NCBI GenBank assembly: GCA_963729715.1
Contig: CAVSPA010000006.1
Coordinates: forward strand, 32,001 to 96,000
Direction: 5' to 3'
Length of the DNA: 64,000 nt
Origin: an uncultured delta proteobacterium
GTDB lineage: Bacteria > Desulfobacterota > Syntrophia > Syntrophales > UBA2185
The notes under the pieces were generated by a model. It was not told where the DNA came from and did not search any database. It worked only from the letters and a program-made list of their open reading frames with translations. Positions within the stretch are counted from its first letter, which is position 1, and every line of letters starts with the position of its first letter. The position numbers and the translations under genes were made by a program. Positions 9,461 to 19,564 of this stretch are shown one piece after another.

Positions 9461-9584
9461 ACCCGCGCAGTTGCCTGCATAGAGACGCAACTGCTTCGTC
9501 TCCTTGTTCGGCTTCCCGCCATCGGAGTGACAAACAATATTTTCGCACATCTCTTATCATGAAAGGACAAATGGTCACGCGTAA

Positions 9585-12563
9585 ATGGCAGACAGAATTG
9601 AAATAGGATTCAAGGAGGGGGTCAGAGATTCTCTCGGGGAAAAGATAAAGAAAAGAGTCATCGAAAATCTGCACATCAAAGTCGATTCCGTAAAGACCGT
9701 TGATGTCCATACTATTGATGGAACGCTAACCCGCAAGGAGCTGGAAATGGCTGCCGCCGGCCCTCTTTCCGATCCCATTATCCAGGATTTCGCCATCAAC
9801 AGCGGCTTGGCCGACAGGTTCGATTGGATGATCGAGGTGGGCTTCCGGCCCGGTGTCACCGATAATGTCGGAAAAACTGCGAGAGAAGCTATCGAGTTGC
9901 TTTTTGGAAAATTGCCGGAGCGGCTTTCCGGCGTTCATACATCAAGGCAATATGTAATTGAAGGAAGAATCGGCAGGGACGACGCGGAAACGATAGCATC
10001 GAGCCTCCTCGCCAATGATCTCATCGAGCGTTACGTAATTGTCGATGGAAAATCCTGGGACAGGCGGAAGGGGCTATCTCCTTATGTCCCCCGTGTGATC
10101 GGCGAAGACAGGGTGCATATAGAAGAAATCAATCTTGATATGAGCGACGAGTCGCTTATGAAGATCAGCAATGAGCGTCTCCTCGCACTGAATTTGGAGG
10201 AGATGAAGGCGCTCCGGAATTATCTGAAAGACAAGTCAATTCTAAAAGAGAGGAAGAAGGCAGGCCTGGGCGGCAACATGACAGATGCCGAACTTGAGTG
10301 CCTGGCGCAGACATGGTCCGAACACTGCAAACATAAAATCTTCAATGCCCGGATTGTCTATGAGGACGAACAGGGCGCGAGAGAGGATATCGATTCCCTT
10401 TTCGACAGCTGCATCAAGAGGGCGACAAAAGAAATTAGGGAACGGTTGGGGAAGGACGACTGGTGTCTCTCGGTATTTGTGGATAATGCCGGAATCATCA
10501 GGTTCAACGACGATTACAATTTAGTTTTCAAAGTGGAAACCCACAATTCTCCTTCCGCGCTCGATCCATACGGCGGAGCCCTCACGGGAATTGTAGGGGT
10601 TAACAGAGATCCCTTCGGCACGGGCAGGGGAGCCAAACTGATTTTCAATACCGACGTCTTCTGCTTTGCGCCGCCGACTTACGATAAACCGCTCCCGAAA
10701 CGGATTCTCCATCCGAGACGCATCTATGAAGGGGTTCGGGAGGGCGTTGAACACGGTGGGAACAAGAGCGGCATCCCGACGATTAACGGCTGTATCGTGT
10801 TCGATGAGCGATTCCTTGGAAAACCATTGGTCTACTGCGGAACAGGCGGGATCATGCCCGCGGTTATTGAGGGGAGGCCCACGCACACGAAAGAGATTCT
10901 GGCCGGAGATTTGATTGTCATGGCGGGAGGCAGGATAGGGAAAGACGGAATCCACGGGGCAACATTTTCTTCCGAGGAGCTCCATGAGGGTTCTCCGGTG
11001 ACGGCGGTGCAGATCGGCGATCCCATCACCCAGAAAAAAATGACCGATTTTCTGTTGCTGGCGAGAGACCGCGGCCTCTACCGGTGTATAACCGATAACG
11101 GTGCTGGCGGCCTTTCTTCCTCGGTGGGTGAGACTGCGCGCCTGTCCGGTGGCTGCGAAATCGATCTGAAAAAAGCGCCTTTAAAATATGCCGGTCTAAA
11201 TCCCTGGGAAATTCTTATCTCCGAATCACAGGAGAGAATGACGCTGGCCGTATCTCCCGATATGGTGCAGGAATTTTTGGAGCTTGCAGAGAAGATGGAT
11301 GTGGAAGCGACTGTTGTCGGCAGATACACGGATTCGGGTATGTTCCACGTCCTATACGGTGACACGCCCGTCGCCTATCTCGATATGGATTTTCTCCACA
11401 GCGGTGTTCCCCAGATGCAGTTGCACGCGAAATGGCAGCCACGCATTTATTCCGAGCCTGATTTTCCCGAGCCCGCCGATATGGGACAAGCCATAAAAGA
11501 TATTTTATCCAGACTTAATATCTGCAGTAAAGAGTCCGTCGTCAGGCAGTACGACCACGAGGTCCAGGGTGGAAGCGTCGTTAAGCCGCTCGTCGGGGTA
11601 TGTAATGACGGCCCGAGTGACGCCGCCGTCATAAGGCCCATCCTGACCTCTTTCGAAGGCGTGGTGGTGACAAACGGCATCTGCCCACGGTATGGCGATA
11701 TTGATACTTACCACATGGCCGCTTGCGCGATTGATGAGGCCATAAGGAATGCCATAGCCGTAGGCGGCAGCCTTGACTTCATGGCGGGGCTCGATAACTT
11801 CTGTTGGTGTGATCCTGTTCAGTCGGAAAAGACCCCCGACGGCGAGTATAAACTGGCGCAGCTTGTGCGGGCCAACAAGGCCGTGTACGATTATACGAGA
11901 GCCTTTGGTGTCCCGTGCATTTCCGGAAAAGACAGCATGAAAAATGACTATAGCATCGGGAATGTGAAAATTTCCATCCCGCCGACGCTTCTGTTTTCCA
12001 CAATGGGAAAAATCAGTGATGCGCGGAAAGCGGTCACCCTGGATGCGAAGCGGCCGGGAGATTTGGTTTATATAGTGGGTGAGACATATGATGAACTGGG
12101 CGGTTCAGAGTGGTATGCGATGCATGGCATGATCGGGAATCGGGTGCCCAAAGTCAACGCGGAAAGAGCAAAAGCATTGTACAACGCCTTAAGCAAAGCC
12201 ATTGGTGCGGGACTGGTCGCTTCCTGTCACGACTGCTCTGACGGAGGTGCAGGCGTCGCCATCGCTGAAACCGCTTTTGCCGGAGGACTGGGCATGCTGA
12301 TCAATCTGGCCTTGTTTCCCTCTTCCGGTATTCGCCGCAACGATACACTCCTCTTCTCAGAAACACAGAGCAGATTTGTTGTCACGATCTCTCCCGCGGC
12401 AAAAAAATCTTTTGAAGCGATGATGAAGGGAATCGCCATGAGCCAGGTGGGGGAAGTGCTTGCGGAAGGAGTGTTGAAGATAGACGGGCTTGACGGTAAG
12501 AGGATCATCTCGGAAGATATCGGCGGGTTGAAAGCGGCCTGGCAAAAGCCGTTGAATTTTTAG
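9585..12563 (+). CDS. purL: Phosphoribosylformylglycinamidine synthase, synthetase subunit with N-terminal PurS-like region
   Basis: QTWSEHCKH, KVETHNSPS, DNGAGG, SESQERM and HDCSDGG. Confidence 0.95.
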   Translation: MADRIEIGFKEGVRDSLGEKIKKRVIENLHIKVDSVKTVDVHTIDGTLTRKELEMAAAGPLSDPIIQDFAINSGLADRFDWMIEVGFRPGVTDNVGKTAREAIELLFGKLPERLSGVHTSRQYVIEGRIGRDDAETIASSLLANDLIERYVIVDGKSWDRRKGLSPYVPRVIGEDRVHIEEINLDMSDESLMKISNERLLALNLEEMKALRNYLKDKSILKERKKAGLGGNMTDAELECLAQTWSEHCKHKIFNARIVYEDEQGAREDIDSLFDSCIKRATKEIRERLGKDDWCLSVFVDNAGIIRFNDDYNLVFKVETHNSPSALDPYGGALTGIVGVNRDPFGTGRGAKLIFNTDVFCFAPPTYDKPLPKRILHPRRIYEGVREGVEHGGNKSGIPTINGCIVFDERFLGKPLVYCGTGGIMPAVIEGRPTHTKEILAGDLIVMAGGRIGKDGIHGATFSSEELHEGSPVTAVQIGDPITQKKMTDFLLLARDRGLYRCITDNGAGGLSSSVGETARLSGGCEIDLKKAPLKYAGLNPWEILISESQERMTLAVSPDMVQEFLELAEKMDVEATVVGRYTDSGMFHVLYGDTPVAYLDMDFLHSGVPQMQLHAKWQPRIYSEPDFPEPADMGQAIKDILSRLNICSKESVVRQYDHEVQGGSVVKPLVGVCNDGPSDAAVIRPILTSFEGVVVTNGICPRYGDIDTYHMAACAIDEAIRNAIAVGGSLDFMAGLDNFCWCDPVQSEKTPDGEYKLAQLVRANKAVYDYTRAFGVPCISGKDSMKNDYSIGNVKISIPPTLLFSTMGKISDARKAVTLDAKRPGDLVYIVGETYDELGGSEWYAMHGMIGNRVPKVNAERAKALYNALSKAIGAGLVASCHDCSDGGAGVAIAETAFAGGLGMLINLALFPSSGIRRNDTLLFSETQSRFVVTISPAAKKSFEAMMKGIAMSQVGEVLAEGVLKIDGLDGKRIISEDIGGLKAAWQKPLNF

Positions 12564-12633
12564 CGCCCGAAACATGCAAGCCCTCTTTTGCAAAAAATGG
12601 AAGAGTTAATTTTTTAGAGTGAAGGAATGTATC

Positions 12634-13461
12634 ATGCCGAAAGAGGTTAAGTCGATCGTCATTACCGGGAACGGGACCAACTGCGAAATGGAGATGGCCC
12701 ATGCCTGCAGGCTTGCAGGTTCCGATGTTGTGGATATTGTGCACATCAGTATGTTGCTTTACGGTGAAAAAAGCCTCGACGATTATCATTTCCTTAACCT
12801 GCCCGGGGGGTTTCTTGATGGCGACGATCTCGGCTCGGCGAAAGCGGGAGCCAACCGGATTCTGAATGCGAAAATCAAAGGGAAGAAAGAAAATCTCTTC
12901 GATCAGTTTGCCAGGTTCATAAGTAAGGGTAAACTTATCCTCGGCGTCTGCAACGGATTTCAGCTACTTGTGAAACTTGGGATGCTGCCGGGTTTTGACG
13001 GCGATTACCGGAATCAGACAACGACCCTCACCTTCAATGATTCGGGAAGATTCGAGGACCGGTGGGTAAATCTGAGAGTCAACTCTGATTCCCCCTGCAT
13101 TTTTACAAGAAAGGTGACCGGCATTTATCTTCCCGTAAGACACGGCGAGGGGAAGTTCGTCACGAAGGATAAGGATATCTTAGAAAGACTTCACAGAGAT
13201 CATCAAGTTGTCGTAGAATACAGCCATGAGGATTTTAAGGATGCCACGATGGAGTATCCGGCAAATCCGAACGGCGCCATTGACGGCATCGCCGGGATCT
13301 GCAATGAAACGGGACGGATATTCGGTCTCATGCCGCATCCGGAAGCCTATCTCCACCGCACCAACCACCCACGCTGGACGAGGGAAAAGTTGCCGGAAGA
13401 GGGGATGGGTCTGGCCATTTTCAAGAATGCCATAGACTTTATAAGGAAAGAGAATATTTGA
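12634..13461 (+). CDS. purQ: FGAM synthase glutaminase subunit
   Basis: GTNCE, PGGFLDGD, GVCNGFQ, HGEG and MPHPE. Confidence 0.95.
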   Translation: MPKEVKSIVITGNGTNCEMEMAHACRLAGSDVVDIVHISMLLYGEKSLDDYHFLNLPGGFLDGDDLGSAKAGANRILNAKIKGKKENLFDQFARFISKGKLILGVCNGFQLLVKLGMLPGFDGDYRNQTTTLTFNDSGRFEDRWVNLRVNSDSPCIFTRKVTGIYLPVRHGEGKFVTKDKDILERLHRDHQVVVEYSHEDFKDATMEYPANPNGAIDGIAGICNETGRIFGLMPHPEAYLHRTNHPRWTREKLPEEGMGLAIFKNAIDFIRKENI

Positions 13462-13492
13462 AACTGCGGCAAATCCTTTTCTGTAGCTTTCA

Positions 13493-13831
13493 TCAGGGCG
13501 TGATAATCCGTGAGGCGGACTCGCGCTGCATCTCCTTGGCCCGCTCAATCATATTCTTTATTGTCAGCGCCATGACTTCAGGAAATTTCTTTATGGCCTC
13601 CGGCAGCGTCTTTGCAGGTATCTGACATTGAATCGGTATGGGGCCCTGGGGTGTGACCAGTTGCGACTGTCCAATGAACATGGATTCGCGCTTTTTATCT
13701 CTGTTGCCGTCGGGTGTCACGGGAGTGAGTCGGCGTATCCACCCGACCTTCAGATCGGTGAAGGTCTCCTCATGGTAGAGATTGTCCTCGTCTATCTTGA
13801 TTTCTGGTTCTTTGTCGTCCGTGCCGTTCAT
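13493..13831 (-). CDS. Hypothetical cytoplasmic protein
   Basis: Clean 112-aa ORF with AAGGAG RBS; ends in RIITP. Confidence 0.7.
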   Translation of the reverse strand: MNGTDDKEPEIKIDEDNLYHEETFTDLKVGWIRRLTPVTPDGNRDKKRESMFIGQSQLVTPQGPIPIQCQIPAKTLPEAIKKFPEVMALTIKNMIERAKEMQRESASRIITP

Positions 13832-13963
13832 GGTTTTTCTCCTTCAGGAAGTATAGAGGCTTACGTATACTACAGTGGAAATGACGTCAAATCTTATTAT
13901 TTGGAATAACTCCCGTGCATTTCTTCATTACTGCTTTTTGGAAAAGTATGAAAACTTTTTTTG

Positions 13964-13992
13964 TTGACAAATCGGATGATATATCTTAAAAA
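13964..13992 (+). promoter_or_regulatory. Putative sigma70 promoter of the cimA leader
   Basis: TTGACA at 13964, 17-bp spacer, TAAAAA. Confidence 0.4.
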
Positions 13993-14038
13993 CACGACTA
14001 GTTGATTGTTCAAACGCAAAAGGACATTGTTATTCATT

Positions 14039-14101
14039 ATGCGAAGCACGTACACCATCAGGCCGATTGGTATTGAAGGCATAATTAGGCTCATTACATA
14101 G
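14039..14101 (+). CDS. Ile/Thr-rich attenuator leader peptide (20 aa; absent from the ORF track)
   Basis: MRSTYTIRPIGIEGIIRLIT*: 6 Ile and 3 Thr codons, directly upstream of an isoleucine-pathway gene. Confidence 0.8.
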   Translation: MRSTYTIRPIGIEGIIRLIT

Positions 14102-14153
14102 GAAGCCTGGTAGTGGTGTAGTGTTTCGATAAAAGCAATAGAGCAGCAAGAAT

Positions 14154-14187
14154 CCGTTATCAGGTTATCTGGTAGCGGTTTTTTTTT
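14154..14187 (+). terminator. Attenuator terminator (3:4 hairpin) upstream of cimA
   Basis: CCGTTATCAG-gttat-CTGGTAGCGG followed by a 9-T run. Confidence 0.85.
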
Positions 14188-14203
14188 GGAAGAGGGGGGA
14201 GCT

Positions 14204-15811
14204 ATGGATTCGTCGGATGTTTTGATTTACGACACGACATTGAGAGACGGGACACAGGGCGAGCAGGTAAATTTCTCGGCAGAAGAAAAATTACGCATTG
14301 CCCAGCGTCTTGATGAGCTTGGTTTTCACTACATTGAAGGCGGGTGGCCGGGATCAAATCCGAAAGATATGCGTTTCTTTGAGATGGCCAAGGGCGTGTC
14401 ATTCAAGCACGCGCGCCTCACCGCATTCGGCAGCACGAGAAAGCCGCATATGAAAGCTGCGGCTTGTCCCAATATAATGGCTCTCTTAGAGGCGGAAACG
14501 CCGTCCGTAGCCATTTTCGGCAAGAGCTGGGACCTTCATCTCTCAGACATCCTCAATGTATCTCTCGATGAGAATTTAGAAATGATTCGTGATTCTATTG
14601 AATTCCTGAAATCAAAAGGGAAGGAAGTCATCTTCGATGCGGAGCATTTTTTCGACGGATACAAGAATAATCCCGCTTGTGCGCGCCAGGTGATAGAGGC
14701 TGCCCTTTCCGCCGGGGCCGATATGATCGTGCTGTGCGATACCAATGGGGGAACGATGTCCGGTGATCTGATTACGATCATCGATGAGATCGTCCCTTCT
14801 GTTCCTTACCGTATCCTCGGTATTCATGTACATAATGATTGCGGCCTCGCCGTGGCAAACTCGCTTGCGGCAGTCCATCGCGGTGTAAGAATGGTTCATG
14901 GAACGATCAACGGATACGGAGAAAGGTGCGGAAATGCCGACCTCATCTCCGTAATAGGGAATCTCCAGCTGAAAATGAATAAGAGATGTTTGCCCGAAGC
15001 ATCCATAAGGCAATTAACACACCTCTCTAATTACGTGAGTGACGTTGCGAACATTCCCCCCCTCAATTCCAGGCCGTTCGTCGGCCGCAGTGCATTTGCC
15101 CATAAGGGCGGTGTTCACGTTGATGCGGTATTGAAGAATCCGGCGGCATATGAACACATCAGACCGGAACTGGTAGGAAATCAGCAGCGAGTACTGGTTT
15201 CGGACCTCTCGGGTAAGAGCAATATTGCATACAAGGCAAGGGAGCTCGGCATCGACTTGGGTGAGGAAACATCCGTCAGCAAAAATATCGTTCAGCAGGT
15301 AAAGACCATGGAAGACCAAGGATATCACTTTGACACAGCCGATGGTTCCCTCTCCGTATTGATGAAGAAAATAAAAGGTGAATTCAGAGACCCGTTTATC
15401 CTGGAGAGCTTTCAGGTAATAAATGCAAAAACAGGAAATAATCCACCCGTATCACAGGCTACGATCAAGATAACGGTGGGCGGTGAGGAAGAATTAACCG
15501 CCGCGGAAGGCAATGGGCCGGTAAATGCCCTGGATAACGCCCTGAGAAAAGCATTGATAAAATTTTATCCAGAGGTCAGCGGGATGCATCTCGTAGATTT
15601 TAAAGTGAGGATTCTCGAGGGCTGCGAAGGAACGGCGGCCAAGGTGACGGTGTTTATAGATTCAACCGACGGCGCGGATATATGGAGCACCATGGGTGTA
15701 TCCACAAACATCATCGAAGCAAGCTGGCTCGCCCTCGTGGACAGTATCCAATATAAATTGAGCAAAGATGAAGAAAATAGAAATGGAATTGTTCTGAAAG
15801 AGATTCAATAA
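14204..15811 (+). CDS. cimA: Citramalate synthase (CimA, LeuA-like family)
   Basis: YDTTLRDGTQGE, EGGWPGSNPKD, FDAEHFFDG, HVHND, GERCGNA, AHKGGVH and the regulatory domain GNGPVNALD. Confidence 0.9.
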   Translation: MDSSDVLIYDTTLRDGTQGEQVNFSAEEKLRIAQRLDELGFHYIEGGWPGSNPKDMRFFEMAKGVSFKHARLTAFGSTRKPHMKAAACPNIMALLEAETPSVAIFGKSWDLHLSDILNVSLDENLEMIRDSIEFLKSKGKEVIFDAEHFFDGYKNNPACARQVIEAALSAGADMIVLCDTNGGTMSGDLITIIDEIVPSVPYRILGIHVHNDCGLAVANSLAAVHRGVRMVHGTINGYGERCGNADLISVIGNLQLKMNKRCLPEASIRQLTHLSNYVSDVANIPPLNSRPFVGRSAFAHKGGVHVDAVLKNPAAYEHIRPELVGNQQRVLVSDLSGKSNIAYKARELGIDLGEETSVSKNIVQQVKTMEDQGYHFDTADGSLSVLMKKIKGEFRDPFILESFQVINAKTGNNPPVSQATIKITVGGEEELTAAEGNGPVNALDNALRKALIKFYPEVSGMHLVDFKVRILEGCEGTAAKVTVFIDSTDGADIWSTMGVSTNIIEASWLALVDSIQYKLSKDEENRNGIVLKEIQ

Positions 15812-15888
15812 GTTCATTGATATTAATGCCCATTTCTGGTAAGTAATCAAACCTATAGACAAGGGGAATTTAATAGAATCAGAATACA

Positions 15889-16509
15889 ATGAAATATATG
15901 TATTTATCCATTAACAGTCAAAATCCGCAGATGCGGTTGATCAAGAAGGCTGTTGATGTCCTGCAGGATGGGGGAGTCATAATCTATCCTACGGACACTG
16001 TCTATGGGTTGGGTTGCGCCCTTTCCAATAAGAGGGGCATCGATAGGATTTATGAGATAAAGAGGAGGAGCAGGAAACGACCGCTGAGTTTTGTTTGTGC
16101 AGACCTCAAGGATATCAGCCGTTACGCCCGCGTTTCGGATTTCGCCTATAAGACCATGAAGCGCCTCCTGCCGGGACCATATACATTTATCCTTGAGGCG
16201 TCGAGGCTGGTCCCGAAGACCATCCTGCCGAAGAGACTGGCCACAGGGATCAGGGTGCCGGATAATCAGATCTGCCTATCCTTAGTCAGGGAGCTGGGAC
16301 AGCCCATTATCAGTACGAGTGTGTCGACTGAAGACGGCGAGGTGCTGAGTAATCCGTTTGAGATCAAGGATAAATTCGGTCATACCGTAGACCTGATAAT
16401 AGATGGAGGCATTCTGGTTTCCGAACCGTCGAGCATTATCAGTCTTGTTGATGACACGATTGAGATAGTCAGGGAGGGGAAGGGGGATGTATCCACTCTC
16501 GTCCGATGA
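15889..16509 (+). CDS. Sua5/YrdC/YciO family protein (YciO-like)
   Basis: IIYPTDTVYGLGC, IKRR, LPGPYTFIL, GIRVP and ISTS. Confidence 0.85.
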   Translation: MKYMYLSINSQNPQMRLIKKAVDVLQDGGVIIYPTDTVYGLGCALSNKRGIDRIYEIKRRSRKRPLSFVCADLKDISRYARVSDFAYKTMKRLLPGPYTFILEASRLVPKTILPKRLATGIRVPDNQICLSLVRELGQPIISTSVSTEDGEVLSNPFEIKDKFGHTVDLIIDGGILVSEPSSIISLVDDTIEIVREGKGDVSTLVR

Positions 16510-16605
16510 TTATCTCGTAAAAATATAAATAGCGGCCTGAAATTGGCGGCAGCGCAGCCTCTGCACATATTTTGCGAGGCTGAGATTTAAAGAACAAGGA
16601 TATTT

Positions 16606-18480
16606 ATGAAAAGAGTGATGTTAATTAATGCTGTTCATCCAGAACAGAAGCGGCTGGCCATTGTGGACGGCGGGAAACTCATCGAATACAACATCCAAAT
16701 GGCGGACAAGGAACCCATAACGGGCAATATTTACAAAGGCGCCGTGATGAAAGTAGAGCGCGGTCTCCAGGCGGCTTTCGTAAATTACGGGGGCAGGAGG
16801 GATGGATTTCTGCCGCTGCACGACGTTGGTCCCGAGTATTTCACAGAGCAGACGGGAAAAGAAGGCAGCCCGCAGAGTCAGAAACCTTTTCTCAAGGCGG
16901 GTCAGGAGGTATTGGTTCAGATAGTAAGGGAAGAAAGCGAACGCAAAGGAGCGCTTCTTACGACCTATATATCATTGCCCGGAAGATATTTGGTTCTCTT
17001 ACCCAATAAGGAAAGCAGCGGCATTTCCCGAAAGATAGAGGACGAGGAAGACCGCAAGCGGCTAAAAACATTAATGGAGCAAGTAAAAATTGATGAAGGC
17101 ATCGGTTTTATAATCCGTACGGCAGGCATGCACAGAACAAAGCAGGAGCTTGCCCGGGATTACCAAATGCTGTCGAGGCTGTGGAAGGAGATTCAGAAGA
17201 GGGCAAAGAGCGCCCCTGCGCAGTCACTCATCTATCAGGAAAGCAATTTTGGTGTATGCTCCCTCCGCGACTATTACACATCGGAAATAGAAGAGATCCT
17301 TGTAGACGATATGGAGACATACAGAAAAATGAGGGAATACTCCAAAGCCGTCGTGCCGAGGACTCTAAAACTCATCAAGCTCTATAAGGAAAAGACACCG
17401 CTGTTTGATAAGAATCGGCTTGAAGAACAGATTCGCGTTATCTACCAGGACAGGGTGGAGTTGAAATCAGGCGGTTATATAATAATAAATCCCACGGAAG
17501 CCATGATTACCATTGATGTTAACTCGGGGCGGGCATCAAACAAGAGGAACGTGGAAGAAACGGCCTACAGGACCAACATGGAAGCGGCAGAGGAGATTGC
17601 CAGGCAACTGCGCCTGCGAGACCTGGGCGGACTACTTGTAATCGATTTCATCGACATGCGTGACCGAAAACATGAAGCCGAAGTGGAGAAGACCTTCAAG
17701 AAGGCTCTCAATGTCGACAGGGCAAGGATACAGATGTCGCGCATATCCAAGTTCGGAATTCTTGAACTTTCCAGACAGAAGAAGCAGTCGACCATACAGG
17801 AAATAAGTTATAACGTCTGCCCTTACTGTAAGGGGCGCGGTGTCAGGCCGTCTCTCGAATACACGGCCCTCGGCGCCTTCAGGAAAATTGAATCGCAGGC
17901 GGTAAAGGGGGATTTCTCTGTTCTCAAAGTGAAGCTGCCTTACGAGATAGCCGATTATCTCCTGAACAGGAAGAGAAGCGAGATCAGTAAGCTTGAAAGC
18001 ACTTATAACGTGTCAATTCATATCTCCGGAAGCCCTGACACGCCGTGGGATGAATTAAAGATCGAAACCGTAACCAGGGAGGTAATTGAGGAAGTTTCTC
18101 AGGAGGAGGAAATCCGCCCTGTTGAGGTGTCTGATAAGCAGGAGAATGAGCGTGCCGAACCCGCTGTCGGCATATTAACACAGGCCGAAGCCAGTTTCCT
18201 TCCGCAGGAAAGCAGCGAAGGCGCGGAGGCAAGTCCTAAGCCTGCCAAGAAGAAGACAAGATGGAGATCAAGACACAAGAAAAAGAAGACGGAAGATAAA
18301 TCCGTTGAACCCGTATCTCGACCTCAGGCTGGCCGCAGCGATAATACGATGACCTACAGGAAGATAGAACAAGCCCAGGACAGCGTAGTCAATACTCCGG
18401 CGCCGTCCGGCGGAACAGGCGGAGAAGGACAAGACCTTTTAACAAGACTCCGCAAGGTGTTTGAACAGATGGAGGAGTAG
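16606..18480 (+). CDS. rne: Ribonuclease E/G family
   Basis: GNIYKG, S1 domain, TIDVNSG, LRDLGGLLVIDFIDM, CPYCKGRG Zn-link and a disordered tail. Confidence 0.9.
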   Translation: MKRVMLINAVHPEQKRLAIVDGGKLIEYNIQMADKEPITGNIYKGAVMKVERGLQAAFVNYGGRRDGFLPLHDVGPEYFTEQTGKEGSPQSQKPFLKAGQEVLVQIVREESERKGALLTTYISLPGRYLVLLPNKESSGISRKIEDEEDRKRLKTLMEQVKIDEGIGFIIRTAGMHRTKQELARDYQMLSRLWKEIQKRAKSAPAQSLIYQESNFGVCSLRDYYTSEIEEILVDDMETYRKMREYSKAVVPRTLKLIKLYKEKTPLFDKNRLEEQIRVIYQDRVELKSGGYIIINPTEAMITIDVNSGRASNKRNVEETAYRTNMEAAEEIARQLRLRDLGGLLVIDFIDMRDRKHEAEVEKTFKKALNVDRARIQMSRISKFGILELSRQKKQSTIQEISYNVCPYCKGRGVRPSLEYTALGAFRKIESQAVKGDFSVLKVKLPYEIADYLLNRKRSEISKLESTYNVSIHISGSPDTPWDELKIETVTREVIEEVSQEEEIRPVEVSDKQENERAEPAVGILTQAEASFLPQESSEGAEASPKPAKKKTRWRSRHKKKKTEDKSVEPVSRPQAGRSDNTMTYRKIEQAQDSVVNTPAPSGGTGGEGQDLLTRLRKVFEQMEE

Positions 18481-18482
18481 AA

Positions 18483-19301
18483 TTATTTTTTCCTGCCGAG
18501 TTCCTTAGCCCGAAGAGTGGCCGCCTGAACGGCTGCCATCATGGTAGCCCTCAGTTTCCCCTCTTCTATGGCCTGCAAGCCGGCTATGGTCGTCCCTCCG
18601 GGAGAGGTGACCATGTCCTTGAGCGCTGCGGGGTGTTTGTCTCCTATGAGGCAAAGTTTGGCCGCGCCGAGAAGGGTCTGTGCTGCAAGTTTCAGGGCGA
18701 TGTCCCTCGATAGCCCCATGTTGACGCCGGCATCGGCGAGTGCATCAATTATGACAAATGCGTATGCAGGTCCGCTCCCGCTCAAGCCGGTTACCGCATC
18801 CATGAGTTCTTCTTTAACCGCAACGGTAATCCCGACGGCATCAAAGATATGAAGGGTGAAAGCAAGATCTTCGTCAGTCGCAAGTGAGCCTCTCGCGATT
18901 GCCGCAGCCCCTTCACCGATCAACGCAGGGGTATTCGGCATGACCCTCATGACGCGGGCACCCTTCTTGAGGTATTCCTCGATAAATCCTGTAGAAATAC
19001 CCGCGGCGATGGTGATGATAAGCTTATTAGTATCAATGCTGCCTGATATCCCTTCCAGCACTTCCGCCATATTCTGTGGTTTTACAGCGAGGATGATGAT
19101 GTCTGCGTCTCTGACGGCTTTCTTATTGTCTTTGGTCGCAAGGACGCCGTATGTCTTTCTGAGCCCTTCGAGTTGCTCTTCTACCACATCAGCTACGGTG
19201 ACCTTGCCCGCAGCTATGAGATTGCGGGCCAGGATGCCCTTAATGAGGGCGCTGCCCATTTTGCCTCCCCCGATAAAGCTGATCTTTTTTCCTTTCAACA
19301 T
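18483..19301 (-). CDS. proC: Pyrroline-5-carboxylate reductase
   Basis: FIGGGKMG, AVKPQ, RVMPNTP, SGSGPAY and VTSPGGTT. Confidence 0.95.
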   Translation of the reverse strand: MLKGKKISFIGGGKMGSALIKGILARNLIAAGKVTVADVVEEQLEGLRKTYGVLATKDNKKAVRDADIIILAVKPQNMAEVLEGISGSIDTNKLIITIAAGISTGFIEEYLKKGARVMRVMPNTPALIGEGAAAIARGSLATDEDLAFTLHIFDAVGITVAVKEELMDAVTGLSGSGPAYAFVIIDALADAGVNMGLSRDIALKLAAQTLLGAAKLCLIGDKHPAALKDMVTSPGGTTIAGLQAIEEGKLRATMMAAVQAATLRAKELGRKK

Positions 19302-19564
19302 ATTTCTCCCCCCCCGTGTTTGCCCTCTTATGGGCCGTCAGTAATTTGAACCAGTTTACGAATTTTTACAATATTATCAATCTTTATTTGCACAAGATGC
19401 ATGATATATGATAGGCACTGAATACCTCCTATATGCAGGGGCGGAGTCGTAACATCACTTCAATTCTCTGTTGTTGATGCGGAAGACAGACAGAAAACCT
19501 GTTCCGGGATTTTCGTGGTAGGACCTCACACGCCGCTGTCTTTTGTCAGAAGGAAAAATGTACG

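Noticed and set aside
19400..19560. Possible riboswitch between proC and the hydrolase
   Set aside because: No consensus I recognise and only weak pairing.
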